A stretch of 64,000 bases of DNA, from the NCBI GenBank assembly GCA_049511615.1, contig JBEKXW010000002.1:72499-136498 (forward strand), in the 5' to 3' direction. Origin of the DNA: Candidatus Dormibacteria bacterium. Its GTDB lineage: Bacteria; Chloroflexota; Dormibacteria; Aeolococcales; Aeolococcaceae. The position numbers were made by a program, and so were the translations under genes. The notes under the pieces are model-generated. The model saw only the letters and a program-made list of their open reading frames with translations, ran no database searches and had not been told where the DNA came from. Below are positions 33,823-43,956 of this stretch, piece after piece. Positions within the stretch are counted from its first letter, which is position 1. The number at the start of each line of letters is the position of its first letter.

Positions 33823-36278
33823 AGATCTCGATGGAGTGGCTGCGGGAGTACGCCACCCTCGACGCCCCGGTCGAGGAGCTGGTCCAGGCCCTGGTCGACA
33901 CCGGCACCGAGGTCGACCGGATCGAGCACGCCGCCGAGGGGGCGATCGTCGCCCGGGTGCTGGAGCTGACCCCGATCCCGGAATCGACCCGCGGGGTCCG
34001 GCTCGCCGAGATCGACGCCGGTGACGGCGAGAGGGTCCGCCTGGTCACCGGCGCGCCCAACGTCAAGGTCGGGGACCTGGTCGCGTACGGTCCCCCCGGG
34101 ACCGTGCTTCCCGGCTTTCCCGATCCGCTCGGCACGCGGTCGATGTTCGGCGGCAGGTACAGCTCGCCTGGGATGCTGCTCTCCGCAGCCGAGCTCGGAA
34201 CTGGTGACGACGCCGGCGGACTGCTGATCCTCGAGCGGGGACGCCCGGGCCAGGCCCTCCACGAGGTCCTGCCCCTCGACGTGGTGCTCAACGTGGAGGT
34301 GACCACCAACCGGCCCGACTGCCTCTGCCACGTCGGCATCGCCCGGGAGCTGGCCGCCGCCCTCGGCGAGGCGCTCCGGGAGCCGCCGACCGACGTGCCC
34401 GAGGGTCTTCTGTCCGCCACCGCGTCCGGTCAGCGGGCCCGGGTCCGGATCGAGGACCCGGCCGGCTGCCGCCGCTTCACCGCCCTGGTGATCGAGGGGG
34501 TGGCAGGGGGGGAGTCGCCCGACTGGCTCCAGCGCCGGCTGCGCGCCATCGGCCTGCGTCCGATCAGCGGCGTGGTGGACGTCACCAACTACGTCACCCA
34601 CGAGCTGGGCCATCCCCTCCACGCCTTCGACCTCGACCGCGTCGCAGGCCTGCCCGGCAGTGGGCGCCCGGTGACCCTCACGGTGCGGCGTGCCCGTGGC
34701 GGCGAGAGCCTCGAGTGCCTCGACGGGGTGACCCGTGCCCTCGACCCCGGCGACCTCGTCATCGCCGCCGGGGGAGCGCCCATCAGCCTCGCCGGGACCA
34801 TCGGCGGCAGCTCCACGGCCATCGACGAGAGCACCCGGGCCGTGCTCCTCGAGGCGGCCAACTGGGAGCCCACCGCGATCCGCGCGACCTCCCGCCGGCA
34901 CGGGGTCCGGACCGACGCCTCTTCCCGCTTCGACAAGGGGCTCCCCGACGAGCTGGCGCCCCTCGCGCTGGGGCGGGCCGCCGCGCTGATCGCGGGCATC
35001 GCCGGCGGTCACGTCCTGCGCGACCCCATCGACGAGCATCCCTCGCCCCTCCCACCGCTCAGCCCGGTGGAGGTGACCGGTGCCTGGCTCGGGGGGCTGC
35101 TCGGCTACCCCGTCGACCCCCACGAGGCGTCCACCGCGCTGGTGCACCTCGGCTTCGAGGTGGAGCAGGCGGGCGACCGGCTCACCGTCCAGCCGCCGTA
35201 CTTCCGGCGCGACGTCCGCATCCCGGAGGACGTCGCCGAGGAGGTCGGCCGCGGGCTCGGCTACGCGCGGCTGCCCAGCACCCTGCCGGGTCGCCGGACC
35301 CCGGTCCGCCAGCTCGCCGCCGAGGACCCCGTGGAGGACCGGGTGCGCGACGTCTGCGTCGGAGCCGGGTTCGACGAGGTGCTGCCCTACGTCTTCGTCC
35401 GTCCCGAGGCCGCCGGCTGGCTCCCGGGTCTCGGTGAGGCCCGCCCGCCGATGGCGCTGCTCAACCCGTTGAGCGATGAGTGGAGCCATCTGCGGACCAG
35501 CCTGCTGCCCGGTCTCTGCCAGGCGCTGGCTCTCAACGTGAGCCGCGGGGTCGCCGGCGCCGCCGTCTTCGAGCTGGGGCGTGCCTTCTGGGATGGTGAG
35601 CGTGAGGGATTGCCGGACGGGTCCACGCCGGACGGCGAGGACCGCCGCTTCCCGCCCCTGCCCGCCGAACCGCTGCTGCTGGGCACGGCGGCTCACATCG
35701 ACGGGGACGCCGCCGCGGCGGCGGCCGTGCTGCGCCACTCCCAATCCCTGCTGGAACGCCTGATTCACGAGTTGAACGGGGAGACGGCCGGCGTCGAGCC
35801 GGCCGGCATCCTCGGGCTGAGGCCGGGGCGGGCCGCGTGGATCCGGACCAGCGCCGGGCGGGTCGGCCTGGTCGGGGAGCTGGACGCCGGCACGGCGGAG
35901 CGATTCGAGCTGCGCGGGCGGGTCGCGGTCGCCGAGCTGCATCTCGACCGGCTGGTGACCTCGAAGCGCCGCACCGTGCAGTACCGGCCGGTTCCCCGGT
36001 TCCCCGCGGTGACCCACGATCTCTCCGTCACCGTCCCCGCCGCCGAGCGGGCCGGGGACGCGCTCACGGTCGTTCGCGCGGCGGGTGGGCCCCTGCTCGA
36101 AGCCGCCGAGCTGCGCGACGAGTTCCACGGCGAGCAGATGGGGGAGGGGCGCAAGGGGTGGACCTTCCGGCTCACCTTCCGGAGCACGGAGCGCACCCTC
36201 ACCTCCGAGGAGGCGCGGGCATGGCAGGACGCTGTCGTCGCCGCCCTGCGCGAGCGCTGCGAGGCTGAGCTGCGCTAG
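33819..36278 (+). CDS. pheT: Phenylalanine--tRNA ligase beta subunit
   Basis: MKISMEWLREY, TTNRPDC, VVDVTNYV..ELGHPLHAFD, TDASSRFDKG, LRTSLLPGL, C-terminal RFP...DLS / ERTLT. Confidence 0.96.
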   Translation: MKISMEWLREYATLDAPVEELVQALVDTGTEVDRIEHAAEGAIVARVLELTPIPESTRGVRLAEIDAGDGERVRLVTGAPNVKVGDLVAYGPPGTVLPGFPDPLGTRSMFGGRYSSPGMLLSAAELGTGDDAGGLLILERGRPGQALHEVLPLDVVLNVEVTTNRPDCLCHVGIARELAAALGEALREPPTDVPEGLLSATASGQRARVRIEDPAGCRRFTALVIEGVAGGESPDWLQRRLRAIGLRPISGVVDVTNYVTHELGHPLHAFDLDRVAGLPGSGRPVTLTVRRARGGESLECLDGVTRALDPGDLVIAAGGAPISLAGTIGGSSTAIDESTRAVLLEAANWEPTAIRATSRRHGVRTDASSRFDKGLPDELAPLALGRAAALIAGIAGGHVLRDPIDEHPSPLPPLSPVEVTGAWLGGLLGYPVDPHEASTALVHLGFEVEQAGDRLTVQPPYFRRDVRIPEDVAEEVGRGLGYARLPSTLPGRRTPVRQLAAEDPVEDRVRDVCVGAGFDEVLPYVFVRPEAAGWLPGLGEARPPMALLNPLSDEWSHLRTSLLPGLCQALALNVSRGVAGAAVFELGRAFWDGEREGLPDGSTPDGEDRRFPPLPAEPLLLGTAAHIDGDAAAAAAVLRHSQSLLERLIHELNGETAGVEPAGILGLRPGRAAWIRTSAGRVGLVGELDAGTAERFELRGRVAVAELHLDRLVTSKRRTVQYRPVPRFPAVTHDLSVTVPAAERAGDALTVVRAAGGPLLEAAELRDEFHGEQMGEGRKGWTFRLTFRSTERTLTSEEARAWQDAVVAALRERCEAELR

Positions 36279-36314
36279 CCGCGACCCGGCCGGAGAGCTG
36301 TACCGCGGGCGTCG

Positions 36315-36352
36315 CGGGGACCCCGCCCCGGCCGGCGGCGCCGGGGTCCCCG
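36315..36352. terminator. GC-rich stem-loop between pheT and phoU
   Basis: CGGGGACCCCG (36315-25) pairs with CGGGGTCCCCG (36342-52); no U-tract. Confidence 0.3.
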
Positions 36353-36385
36353 GGGCCGCGCCCATGTCCTAAGCTGGCTCACATC

Positions 36386-37087
36386 GTGAGCGAGAGGGTC
36401 GAGTCCGAGAGGGTCGAGTCCCGGTCAGGAGCCACCGCGGCGTCCGTCGCCTTCGAGCCGGAGCTGCAGCGGATCAGGGACCTGGTGCTCACCATGGGCG
36501 ACGAGGTCGACCGGGCGATGACCCGGGCCACCGGCGGGCTGGTGGACCGGGATGTGGACGTCTGCACCGCGGTCATCCGCGACGACGCCCGCATCAACGC
36601 GCTCCTGGTGGAGGTGCGCGAGGTGACCTTCACCGCCATCGCCCACGCCTCCGCGCCGGAACTGCTGCGGGAGGCTCTCGGGCTCCTCCACATGGCCAGC
36701 GAGCTGGAGCGGATGGGCGACCACTGCGCCAGCATCGCCAAGAGCGGCCGCGAGCTCGCCGACCTCCCGCCGCTCGCCAGCCACTTCGACCTTCCCCAGC
36801 TCTCCGAGGCCTGCGAGGTGCAGGTGCGCGACATCCTCAGCGCCCTGATCGCCCGTGACGTCGACCGGGCCCGCGCCATCGCCGCCCGCGACGACCGGGT
36901 CAACCGGATCCATCACCGCATCGTCGACGACCTCATCCAGCTCATGACCGAGGACGGCGGCGCGGTGTACCGGGGCACCAAGCTGGTCATGGTGGCCCAG
37001 AACTTCGAGCGGATCGGGGACCGGGTGACCAACCTGGCCGAGGACCTGATCTTCCTGGAGAGCGGCCGGATCGAGGAGCTGGGCTGA
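36386..37087 (+). CDS. phoU: Phosphate signalling/transport regulator PhoU
   Basis: Two PhoU repeats: ELERMGDH and FERIGDRVTNLAE..IF..SG; adjacent to the pst genes. Confidence 0.93.
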   Translation: MSERVESERVESRSGATAASVAFEPELQRIRDLVLTMGDEVDRAMTRATGGLVDRDVDVCTAVIRDDARINALLVEVREVTFTAIAHASAPELLREALGLLHMASELERMGDHCASIAKSGRELADLPPLASHFDLPQLSEACEVQVRDILSALIARDVDRARAIAARDDRVNRIHHRIVDDLIQLMTEDGGAVYRGTKLVMVAQNFERIGDRVTNLAEDLIFLESGRIEELG

Positions 37088-37117
37088 GGCTCCGCGGCCG
37101 GCCGCGGTTCCGTCGCC

Positions 37118-38584
37118 CTATGCGGGGGTGAGGGTCCCGCCGCCGGCCAGCGTGTAGGTCTCGCCACCCAGCGACGGGTTGGCGCTCGACGTGTAGTACA
37201 CGGTGTGGCCGTTGCCCACGATGTTGGTCACGGTGGAACCGGAGATGCCCGCGGAGTCGCTGAGGACGGTCAGGTACGAGGTGCCGGTCACCGTCCACCG
37301 GCTGGTGCCGTCCAGGCTCAGGGTCACGCTCTTGGCCGTCCCGGCAGAGTCGATGGTGCCGCTCAGTGACGACCCGTCGGTGAGGTTGAGGATGGCGGTG
37401 CTGATGGCGTCGACGTCGACCGATCCGCTCAGCGTCTGACAGGCGGCGTTGACGGTGGCCTGGCCGCCGTTGGAGCCGCTGGACCCCCACTGTCCGGCCG
37501 CGGCGTCGAGCAGGACGCCCGAGGACCCCCTCAGCGTCACCCCGGCGAGGTTGATGGTGGCCGTCGTGTTGGTGACGTAGAGGATCGGGCCGGCGAGGGC
37601 GGTGAGCGACCCGCCGGTGTCGGTGAAGACGCCCGCCGAACCCTGGGCGTCCCCGGACATGCTCTGGTAGATCATCACGCCCCGGTTCACGGCCCCCGTC
37701 AGCTGGCTGTCGGTGACCGTGATCGAGTTCGATCCTTCGATGACCGCGGCCTCGGCGCCGGTGGCGTCGAAGGTCGCGTCCTTGGCCGTGATGGTGCCGG
37801 TCGAGTAGATCCCCGGGGAGTTGCCCCCCGACGTCCGGAACGTTCCGCCGTTCACGGTGATGGTCCCGCCGCCTCGGTCCGTGGCGACCGCGGCGCCGCT
37901 GCCACCGGTGGTGCTCACCGTGAGGTCGGTGGCGGTGATCGAGCCACCGCCGGAGGCCATCACGCCGTGCGCGTACTGCCCGGTGGCGGAGGCGGTGACC
38001 CCGGTCGCCGTCACCGAGGACCCGGAGCCGTAGGCGAAGATGGCGTTGGCCCCGTCGCCCGAGGTGGTGACCGAGCCCCCGCTCTCGGTGATCGTCGAAC
38101 CGTTCAGGGCCAGGACCCCGGCGTCCAGACCGTAGAAGCTGCTGTCATCGGAGGATGTGCTGGCACCGGTGGTGGTGACCGCCACCCCGGTCAGGTTCAG
38201 CTCGCCGGACTCGTTGACGAGCACGCCCGACTCGTCGGACGCGGCGGCGGTGATGGTCTGGCCGGACTTCGACGCCGAGCCCCCGCTCTGGGAGTACGCT
38301 CCCGTCCCCACCGTCGCGCTCCCCGAGCCGGAGCCTCCCGGCCCCGACACCGATGATCCCGATGACGACGTTCCGGATGACGGTGCCGGCGATGACGCCG
38401 GCGCGCACGCTGCCGGCGTGGTGGGGGTGGTCCTCGCGGCCGGCGAGGTCGACGCGGTGGACGTGGGCGACGGCGAGCTGCTGCCGGTGAGCAGCGTGTC
38501 GGGGCTGCCGGCCCCGCATGCCGCCGCGGCCAGGGCGGCCATCACGATCAGCGGGCTCAGCGCCCGCGCGCTGCGGGATCTCAT
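37118..38584 (-). CDS. Ser/Thr/Gly-rich lipoprotein with predicted beta-helix (pertactin/pectin-lyase-like) fold
   Basis: Signal peptide with lipobox LAAAA-C; low-complexity linker; repeated 'T.G..A.G/A' beta-solenoid turns; C-terminal 'LSLDGTSRWTVTGTSYL' like autotransporter passenger ends; no beta-barrel. Confidence 0.7.
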   Translation of the reverse strand: MRSRSARALSPLIVMAALAAAACGAGSPDTLLTGSSSPSPTSTASTSPAARTTPTTPAACAPASSPAPSSGTSSSGSSVSGPGGSGSGSATVGTGAYSQSGGSASKSGQTITAAASDESGVLVNESGELNLTGVAVTTTGASTSSDDSSFYGLDAGVLALNGSTITESGGSVTTSGDGANAIFAYGSGSSVTATGVTASATGQYAHGVMASGGGSITATDLTVSTTGGSGAAVATDRGGGTITVNGGTFRTSGGNSPGIYSTGTITAKDATFDATGAEAAVIEGSNSITVTDSQLTGAVNRGVMIYQSMSGDAQGSAGVFTDTGGSLTALAGPILYVTNTTATINLAGVTLRGSSGVLLDAAAGQWGSSGSNGGQATVNAACQTLSGSVDVDAISTAILNLTDGSSLSGTIDSAGTAKSVTLSLDGTSRWTVTGTSYLTVLSDSAGISGSTVTNIVGNGHTVYYTSSANPSLGGETYTLAGGGTLTPA

Positions 38585-38691
38585 GCCACCAGGCTGGGCC
38601 TGCACTCTGGGGATTGCCTGTGCGAAGGCTCAGAGGTGGTCGAGGATCAGCCCGCAATGTGCCAGAGACCGTGGACGCGCCGACCGGCCGC

Positions 38692-39558
38692 TCAGACGTC
38701 CAGGCGCGCCACCATCCGCCGCGAACGGGCAGTGATCATCCGCCCCGCGAAGATGAGCAAGAGGATCATCAGGATGGTGATCCCGGCGGCGGCACTGGCG
38801 AGCGCCTGGTCGTGGGGGCTCGGCAGCCCGATGTAGTAGTAGGTCACGTACGTGAGGTAGCCGACCGGGTTGTTGAAGAGGACCGGTGTCGGGTTGAAGT
38901 TGCTGAAGTTGGCAGTGAAGAGGAGCGGCGCAGTCTCGCCGGTGGAGATGGCGACCGCGATCACCAGCCCGGAGACGATTCCCGGCAGCGCCGGGGGCAG
39001 CAGCACCTTGCGAATGGTGGTGATCCTGGAGAGGCCGAGCGCTATCGATGCCTCCCGCAGGCTGCGTGGCACCTGGCTGAACGAGACCTCGGTGGTCTTG
39101 ATGATGTAGGGCAGGATGATGAGCGAGAGCGCCACGACACCGCTCATGATCGAGTACCCCCAGTGGAGCCCGATGACCAGGGCGACGTAGATGACGAACC
39201 CCACCACGATGGATGGCACCCCGGCGAGGACCTCGGAGAAGAACCGCATCGCGCCCCCGAACCGGCGCGGTGCGAACTCGGCGAGGTAGATGCCGCCGAG
39301 GATGCCGATCGGCCCGGCGATGAGCAGCACGCCGATGGCGAAGGCGAGAGTGCCGAGGATGGCATTCTGCAGGCCCGGGTTCTGGATGTCCTGGGTGGTG
39401 TTGGTGAGCAGGCTCCACTTGAGGGCCGGTGCCGCCTTGACGAGAACGCTGACGACGACGGCCGCCGCCGGCAGGACGATGATCGCCAGGGCAAGACCGC
39501 AGAGCACCCAGAACACGCCACCGCGGAGATGCCGGAAGCGCGGGGACTTAGATTCCAC
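38692..39558 (-). CDS. pstA: Phosphate ABC transporter permease PstA
   Basis: IYLAEF, LAGVPSIVVG, LREASIALG, GETAPLL. Confidence 0.94.
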   Translation of the reverse strand: MESKSPRFRHLRGGVFWVLCGLALAIIVLPAAAVVVSVLVKAAPALKWSLLTNTTQDIQNPGLQNAILGTLAFAIGVLLIAGPIGILGGIYLAEFAPRRFGGAMRFFSEVLAGVPSIVVGFVIYVALVIGLHWGYSIMSGVVALSLIILPYIIKTTEVSFSQVPRSLREASIALGLSRITTIRKVLLPPALPGIVSGLVIAVAISTGETAPLLFTANFSNFNPTPVLFNNPVGYLTYVTYYYIGLPSPHDQALASAAAGITILMILLLIFAGRMITARSRRMVARLDV

Positions 39559-40612
39559 GGCCGACCGGCAGGGCGTCGCCGCTGACTCTCCGGACCACCA
39601 GGCGGCCGGCGAGGTTGGTCAGCAGGCTGATCACCAGGAGGAGGAGCCCCAGCTCCGCGATGGCGCGCACCGCCATGCCCGTGAAATCGCTGAGGGCTTC
39701 GTCGAGCTGGTTGGCGATCACCGAGGCCAGGGTCGCGGTGGTCCCGTAGACGTTGACTGGCGGGTTGAACGCCATGCCTATGATCAGCAGCACGGCGATG
39801 GTCTCGCCCAGGGCGCGCCCCCAACCGAGCAGGGCGGACGCGATGATGCCGGTCCGCACGTAGGGAATGGTCACCACCCGGACCATCTCGTAGCGGGACA
39901 TCCCCAGCGCCAGCGCACCCTCGCGGGCCAGCACTGGCACCCGTTTTACCAGCTCCCGCGTGGTCGAGGCGATGATGGGGATGATCATGAGGGTCAGCAC
40001 CAGCGACGCGGTCAGCAGCCCCTGGCCGTTGAACGCCCACGGCCCCTTGAAGAAGGGGATCACCGCGCCCAGGTGGGATAGCACGGGATAGACATGCTGA
40101 GAGAGGATGGGACCGAGGACGGTGAGACCCCAGAAGCCGAAGACCACGCTGGGGATCCCGGCGAGGAGCTCGAGGAAGGTGGAGAGCGGTCCCTCCAGCT
40201 GCCGCGGGATCCACTCCGAGAGCATCAGCACGCCTCCGACGGAGATCGGTACCGCCAGGACCAGTGCGATCACCGAACTGAAGAGAGTCCCGATGATGAA
40301 GGTCAGCGCGCCGTAGACGGCCCCATGGGGGGCGGAGATCCCGTTGTGGACCGTGAGGGTCGTGGAGTAGAGGTTGCCGATGAAGAACTTGGTGCTGGTG
40401 AAGAAGGTGGTGCCGCTGTAGATGATCGCCGGGATCGCCCACACCACCATGATGGCGACGATCAGCCCCAGCCCGGCCAGGGGCACCGAACCCGCCACCC
40501 CCGACACCCACTGCAGGATCCGGTCTCCGCGGCTCAGCTCATGGGATCGGGCCCGGGCGACCCGGGCCGGGCCGGTGGGCATCCCACCGGCCCGGCGACG
40601 GACCAGGATCAT
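39548..40612 (-). CDS. pstC: Phosphate ABC transporter permease PstC
   Basis: ELLAGIPSVVFGFWG, REGALALG, GRALGETIAV. Confidence 0.94.
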   Translation of the reverse strand: MILVRRRAGGMPTGPARVARARSHELSRGDRILQWVSGVAGSVPLAGLGLIVAIMVVWAIPAIIYSGTTFFTSTKFFIGNLYSTTLTVHNGISAPHGAVYGALTFIIGTLFSSVIALVLAVPISVGGVLMLSEWIPRQLEGPLSTFLELLAGIPSVVFGFWGLTVLGPILSQHVYPVLSHLGAVIPFFKGPWAFNGQGLLTASLVLTLMIIPIIASTTRELVKRVPVLAREGALALGMSRYEMVRVVTIPYVRTGIIASALLGWGRALGETIAVLLIIGMAFNPPVNVYGTTATLASVIANQLDEALSDFTGMAVRAIAELGLLLLVISLLTNLAGRLVVRRVSGDALPVGRGI

Positions 40613-40615
40613 GGG

Positions 40616-41767
40616 TCAGCCCGTGATCATCGCGATCGCGGCGTTGACCTTGGACAGAACGTTGCTGGGCAGCGGCACGAAGTTCACCGCGCTCAGGTTG
40701 TCGGTAGTGGCACCTCCGGTCGTGGAGATGGCCCACTCCAGGAAGGTGCGGATGGCGAGGGCGCTGTCCGTTGAGCTCTGGGTCGACTTGATGATCAGGT
40801 ACTCGAAGTTGACGATCGGGTACGCCTGGGCCCCGCTCTCGTAGATCAGCGACTGGGAGAGGCTCGCCGGCACGTTGGTGGCGCCCGCGGTGACCGCGGC
40901 GTTGATGGTGGTCTGGTTGGGCTGCACGAAGCTGCCGGAGGCGTTCTCCAGCTCGACCTCGCCGAGGCCGTCCACCAGGGCGGTGGACTCCACGCTCGCC
41001 CCGACGTAGGCAATGCAGCCGGGCGTGCTGTGGCAGGTGTCGACCATGGCCGGGTTGCCGTTCGCGGTCAGCTCGCTGGAAACCGACGGCCAGTTCACGG
41101 TCGTCCCGTAAGCGGGGCCGCTCGACCAGGTGGGGTTGGTGGCGCTGAGGAAGGAGGTGAAGATGAACGTGTCACCCGAGGAGTCGACCCGGCGAACCGG
41201 CACGATCGGGGTGGAGGGGAGCGTGACGCCCGGGTTCAGGGCGGTGATCGCCGGGTCGTTCCAGGTCGTGATCGTGCCCTCATAGATCTTCGCGATCACG
41301 TCGCCGCTCAGCTTGAGGTTGTTGATCCCCGTGAGGTTGTAGTTGATGGCCTGGGCCGAGACGGCGATGGGGATGTTGAGCAGGCCCGGGTTCGCGGAAA
41401 CCTGGCCGGCGCTCAGGTAGGCGTCGGAGCCTCCCATCAGGACCGCTCCGCTGATGGCGTCGGTCTGGCCCTTCCCGGAACCGCCGGCGGCGGCGCTCAG
41501 CGTGATGTTCGGATAGGCGGCGGTGATGCCGGACTCCAGCTTCTGCAGGTACGGGTAGAGGAGGCTCGACCCGTCCTCCGTGAGAGTCACGGCGCCGGTC
41601 GGGTTACCCGTCTGGACCGCCAGGGCGGTGGGACTGCTGCTCGCGCTGGCTGGCGCTGACGTGGACGGCGCTGACGTCGCCGGCGTGCTCGACGAACCGC
41701 AGGCGGCCACCAGGACCGCCCCGGCGACTGTCGCAATACCGATGGCCGCGTGTCGACGAACGTTCAT
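40616..41767 (-). CDS. pstS: Phosphate ABC transporter substrate-binding lipoprotein PstS
   Basis: GGGGAGG RBS, lipobox VAAC, GSSLLYP, GSGKG, RVDSSGDTFIF, YPIVNFEY. Confidence 0.93.
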   Translation of the reverse strand: MNVRRHAAIGIATVAGAVLVAACGSSSTPATSAPSTSAPASASSSPTALAVQTGNPTGAVTLTEDGSSLLYPYLQKLESGITAAYPNITLSAAAGGSGKGQTDAISGAVLMGGSDAYLSAGQVSANPGLLNIPIAVSAQAINYNLTGINNLKLSGDVIAKIYEGTITTWNDPAITALNPGVTLPSTPIVPVRRVDSSGDTFIFTSFLSATNPTWSSGPAYGTTVNWPSVSSELTANGNPAMVDTCHSTPGCIAYVGASVESTALVDGLGEVELENASGSFVQPNQTTINAAVTAGATNVPASLSQSLIYESGAQAYPIVNFEYLIIKSTQSSTDSALAIRTFLEWAISTTGGATTDNLSAVNFVPLPSNVLSKVNAAIAMITG

Positions 41768-41825
41768 GAGACCTCCCCTTCGAAGGATGGACTTGATGAC
41801 GGCGATGAGGGCACTCTGGGGGCGC

Positions 41826-42635
41826 TCATCCGATCCGACCGCTGACGTAGTTCCGGCTCCTCTCGTCCGCCGGGTCATGGAAGAAGGTCCTCGCCGACGC
41901 CGCCTCGACGACGCTCCCCTTCATGAGGAAGAGCACGTTGTCGCTGATGCGGCTGGCCTGTGCGAGGTTGTGGGTGACGATCAGGACCGTCATGCGCTCC
42001 GACAGCTTGCGCATGAGCGACTCGATGTGGTCAGTGGTGTCGGGATCGAGCGCCGAGGTCGGCTCGTCGAGCAGGATCACGTCCGGCGAGAGCGCCAGGG
42101 TCCGGGCCAGGCAGAGGAGCTGCTGCTGGCCCCCGGAGAGGCCGAACGGCGAGCCGTGCAGCCGGTGGCTCACCGCGTCCCAGAGGCCGACCATGGAGAG
42201 GTTTTCCTTGACGATGTCGTTGACGGTGTGGCGGTCGGCCAGCCCGTGAGCTCGAGGAGCCAGGCCCACGTTCTCGGCGATGCTGCGGGGGAAGGGGTTG
42301 GGGCGCTGGAAGAGCATCCCCACGCGGCGCCGGACCTCGCGGACGTTGACATCCGGTCCGTAGATGTCCACGCCCTCGACGACCACCGACCCGTCCACCT
42401 TCATCCCGACGACGTGGTCGTGCATGCGGTTGATGGAGCGCAGCAGGGTGGTCTTGCCGCACCCGGTGGGGCCGACGATCGCGGTCACCTTGTTGGGCTC
42501 GAAGAGATTGTTGATCTCGTTGAGCAGGGCCGTTCCCCTGAAGCGGACGGTCAGACTCTGAACCGCCACCCCCACCGCCGTCTCCTCCTGGGTGGAGACG
42601 TTGACCGTGGCGAGTTGCAGGGAATCGCTAACCAC
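41826..42635 (-). CDS. pstB: Phosphate ABC transporter ATPase PstB
   Basis: GPTGCGKTT, FQRPNPFP.SI, LSGGQQQ.LC.AR, LLDEPTSALDP, IVTHN. Start placed at GTG 42635 behind a putative -10; the ORF is open upstream to 42773. Confidence 0.92.
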   Translation of the reverse strand: MVSDSLQLATVNVSTQEETAVGVAVQSLTVRFRGTALLNEINNLFEPNKVTAIVGPTGCGKTTLLRSINRMHDHVVGMKVDGSVVVEGVDIYGPDVNVREVRRRVGMLFQRPNPFPRSIAENVGLAPRAHGLADRHTVNDIVKENLSMVGLWDAVSHRLHGSPFGLSGGQQQLLCLARTLALSPDVILLDEPTSALDPDTTDHIESLMRKLSERMTVLIVTHNLAQASRISDNVLFLMKGSVVEAASARTFFHDPADERSRNYVSGRIG

Positions 42636-42769
42636 GGATCGAGAGTAGGAAGTGCCGGATTGTCTCCGGGTTGCCTGCTGGTTAAGGAGCGGTAAAGGCC
42701 CCCCCGCAGCCGCGCCGGGCTCCGCATCTCCCGGAGCCGTCATGGGCTCCTCGGCCCCCGTGGGGTCCG

Positions 42770-43852
42770 TCACCCGGCGTCTTCGCCCCCGAGGACTCGG
42801 GGAGCCGCGGGCAGCTCGACGATGAAGGTGGCTCCCCGGCGCGGCTCGGACACCACCCTGATCGAGCCGCCGTGCGCCTCGACCACGTGGCGGGCGATCG
42901 CCAGCCCGAGCCCCGATCCCTCCCCGTCGCGCTGGCGGGAGCTGTCCGCCTTCCAGAACCGCTCGAAGATCCGGGGGAGGTCCTCCGGACGGATGCCGAT
43001 GCCGGTGTCGCGCACTACCAGCTCCACCCGCGTCTGCTCGAGGAGGGGACGGGCGCTCACCGTGATCCGGCCCTCGGGCGGGGTGAACTTGATCGCGTTG
43101 TGCACGAGGTTGCGGAGCACCTGACCGAGCCGGCGGGGGTCGCCCAGGAGGGGTGGGGTGGAGGGGTCCACCTCGACCGTCACGTCGATGCGGCGTTCCT
43201 CGGCGAGGGGGAGGAGCCGGTCGACGGTCCGGACCAGCTCGTCCACCGGGACGGGCTCCAGGCTCATGGTCTGGCGCCCCGACTCGATGGCGCTCAGCTC
43301 CAGCAGCTCCTCGACCATCTGCGCCATGTGGCCGACCTCGAGGGCGATCCGGTGAACGAACCCCGCGGCCACCTCGGGCTGGTCGAGCGCACCCTTCTGG
43401 AGGGTCTCGACGAGCAGGCGGATGGCGGTGATCGGGGTTCGCAGCTCGTGGGAGACATTGGTGACGAAGTCGCGCCGCACCCGCTCCAGCCGGCGCAGCC
43501 GGGTCTCGTCACGCACCAGCACCACCACCGCGACCTGCTGGTTCTGCACCGGGAACGCCCGCACCACGATGACCTCGCGGGCGCTGGAGATCTCACGCTC
43601 GACGGCGGCCTCGGCATCCCGGCAGGCGGTGATCACCCGGAGCAGCCGGAAGTCCGCGCCCAGCTCGGCCAGGGTGTGCCCCTCGCCCTCACCGGAGAGG
43701 TCGAGCAGCCGGCACGCCTCCTCGGTCGCCAGCAGGATCCGTCCCGTCCTGTCGACGGCGATCAGCCCGTGGCCGCCCTCGAGCTGCTCGCCGACCGATC
43801 GCAGCAGGGTCAGGGTCTGGCTCACCGACGGTGACGATGCCGGAGGGTTCAT
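42770..43852 (-). CDS. phoR: PhoR-like sensor histidine kinase, apparently without transmembrane segments
   Basis: PAS-like N-terminus, RRLERVRRDFVTNVSHELRTP, NLVHNAIKF, DTGIGI, IFERF.KAD.SR, GSGLGLAI. Confidence 0.85.
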   Translation of the reverse strand: MNPPASSPSVSQTLTLLRSVGEQLEGGHGLIAVDRTGRILLATEEACRLLDLSGEGEGHTLAELGADFRLLRVITACRDAEAAVEREISSAREVIVVRAFPVQNQQVAVVVLVRDETRLRRLERVRRDFVTNVSHELRTPITAIRLLVETLQKGALDQPEVAAGFVHRIALEVGHMAQMVEELLELSAIESGRQTMSLEPVPVDELVRTVDRLLPLAEERRIDVTVEVDPSTPPLLGDPRRLGQVLRNLVHNAIKFTPPEGRITVSARPLLEQTRVELVVRDTGIGIRPEDLPRIFERFWKADSSRQRDGEGSGLGLAIARHVVEAHGGSIRVVSEPRRGATFIVELPAAPRVLGGEDAG

Positions 43853-43956
43853 CGGGGGAGGCCCAGCGTGGTGACGGACGCGAGCAGCAATCAAGTGATC
43901 AGATGTTATCCGTCTCCGATGTCGCAGGCGTCCGCACACCGGTGGTGCCGTCCTGC

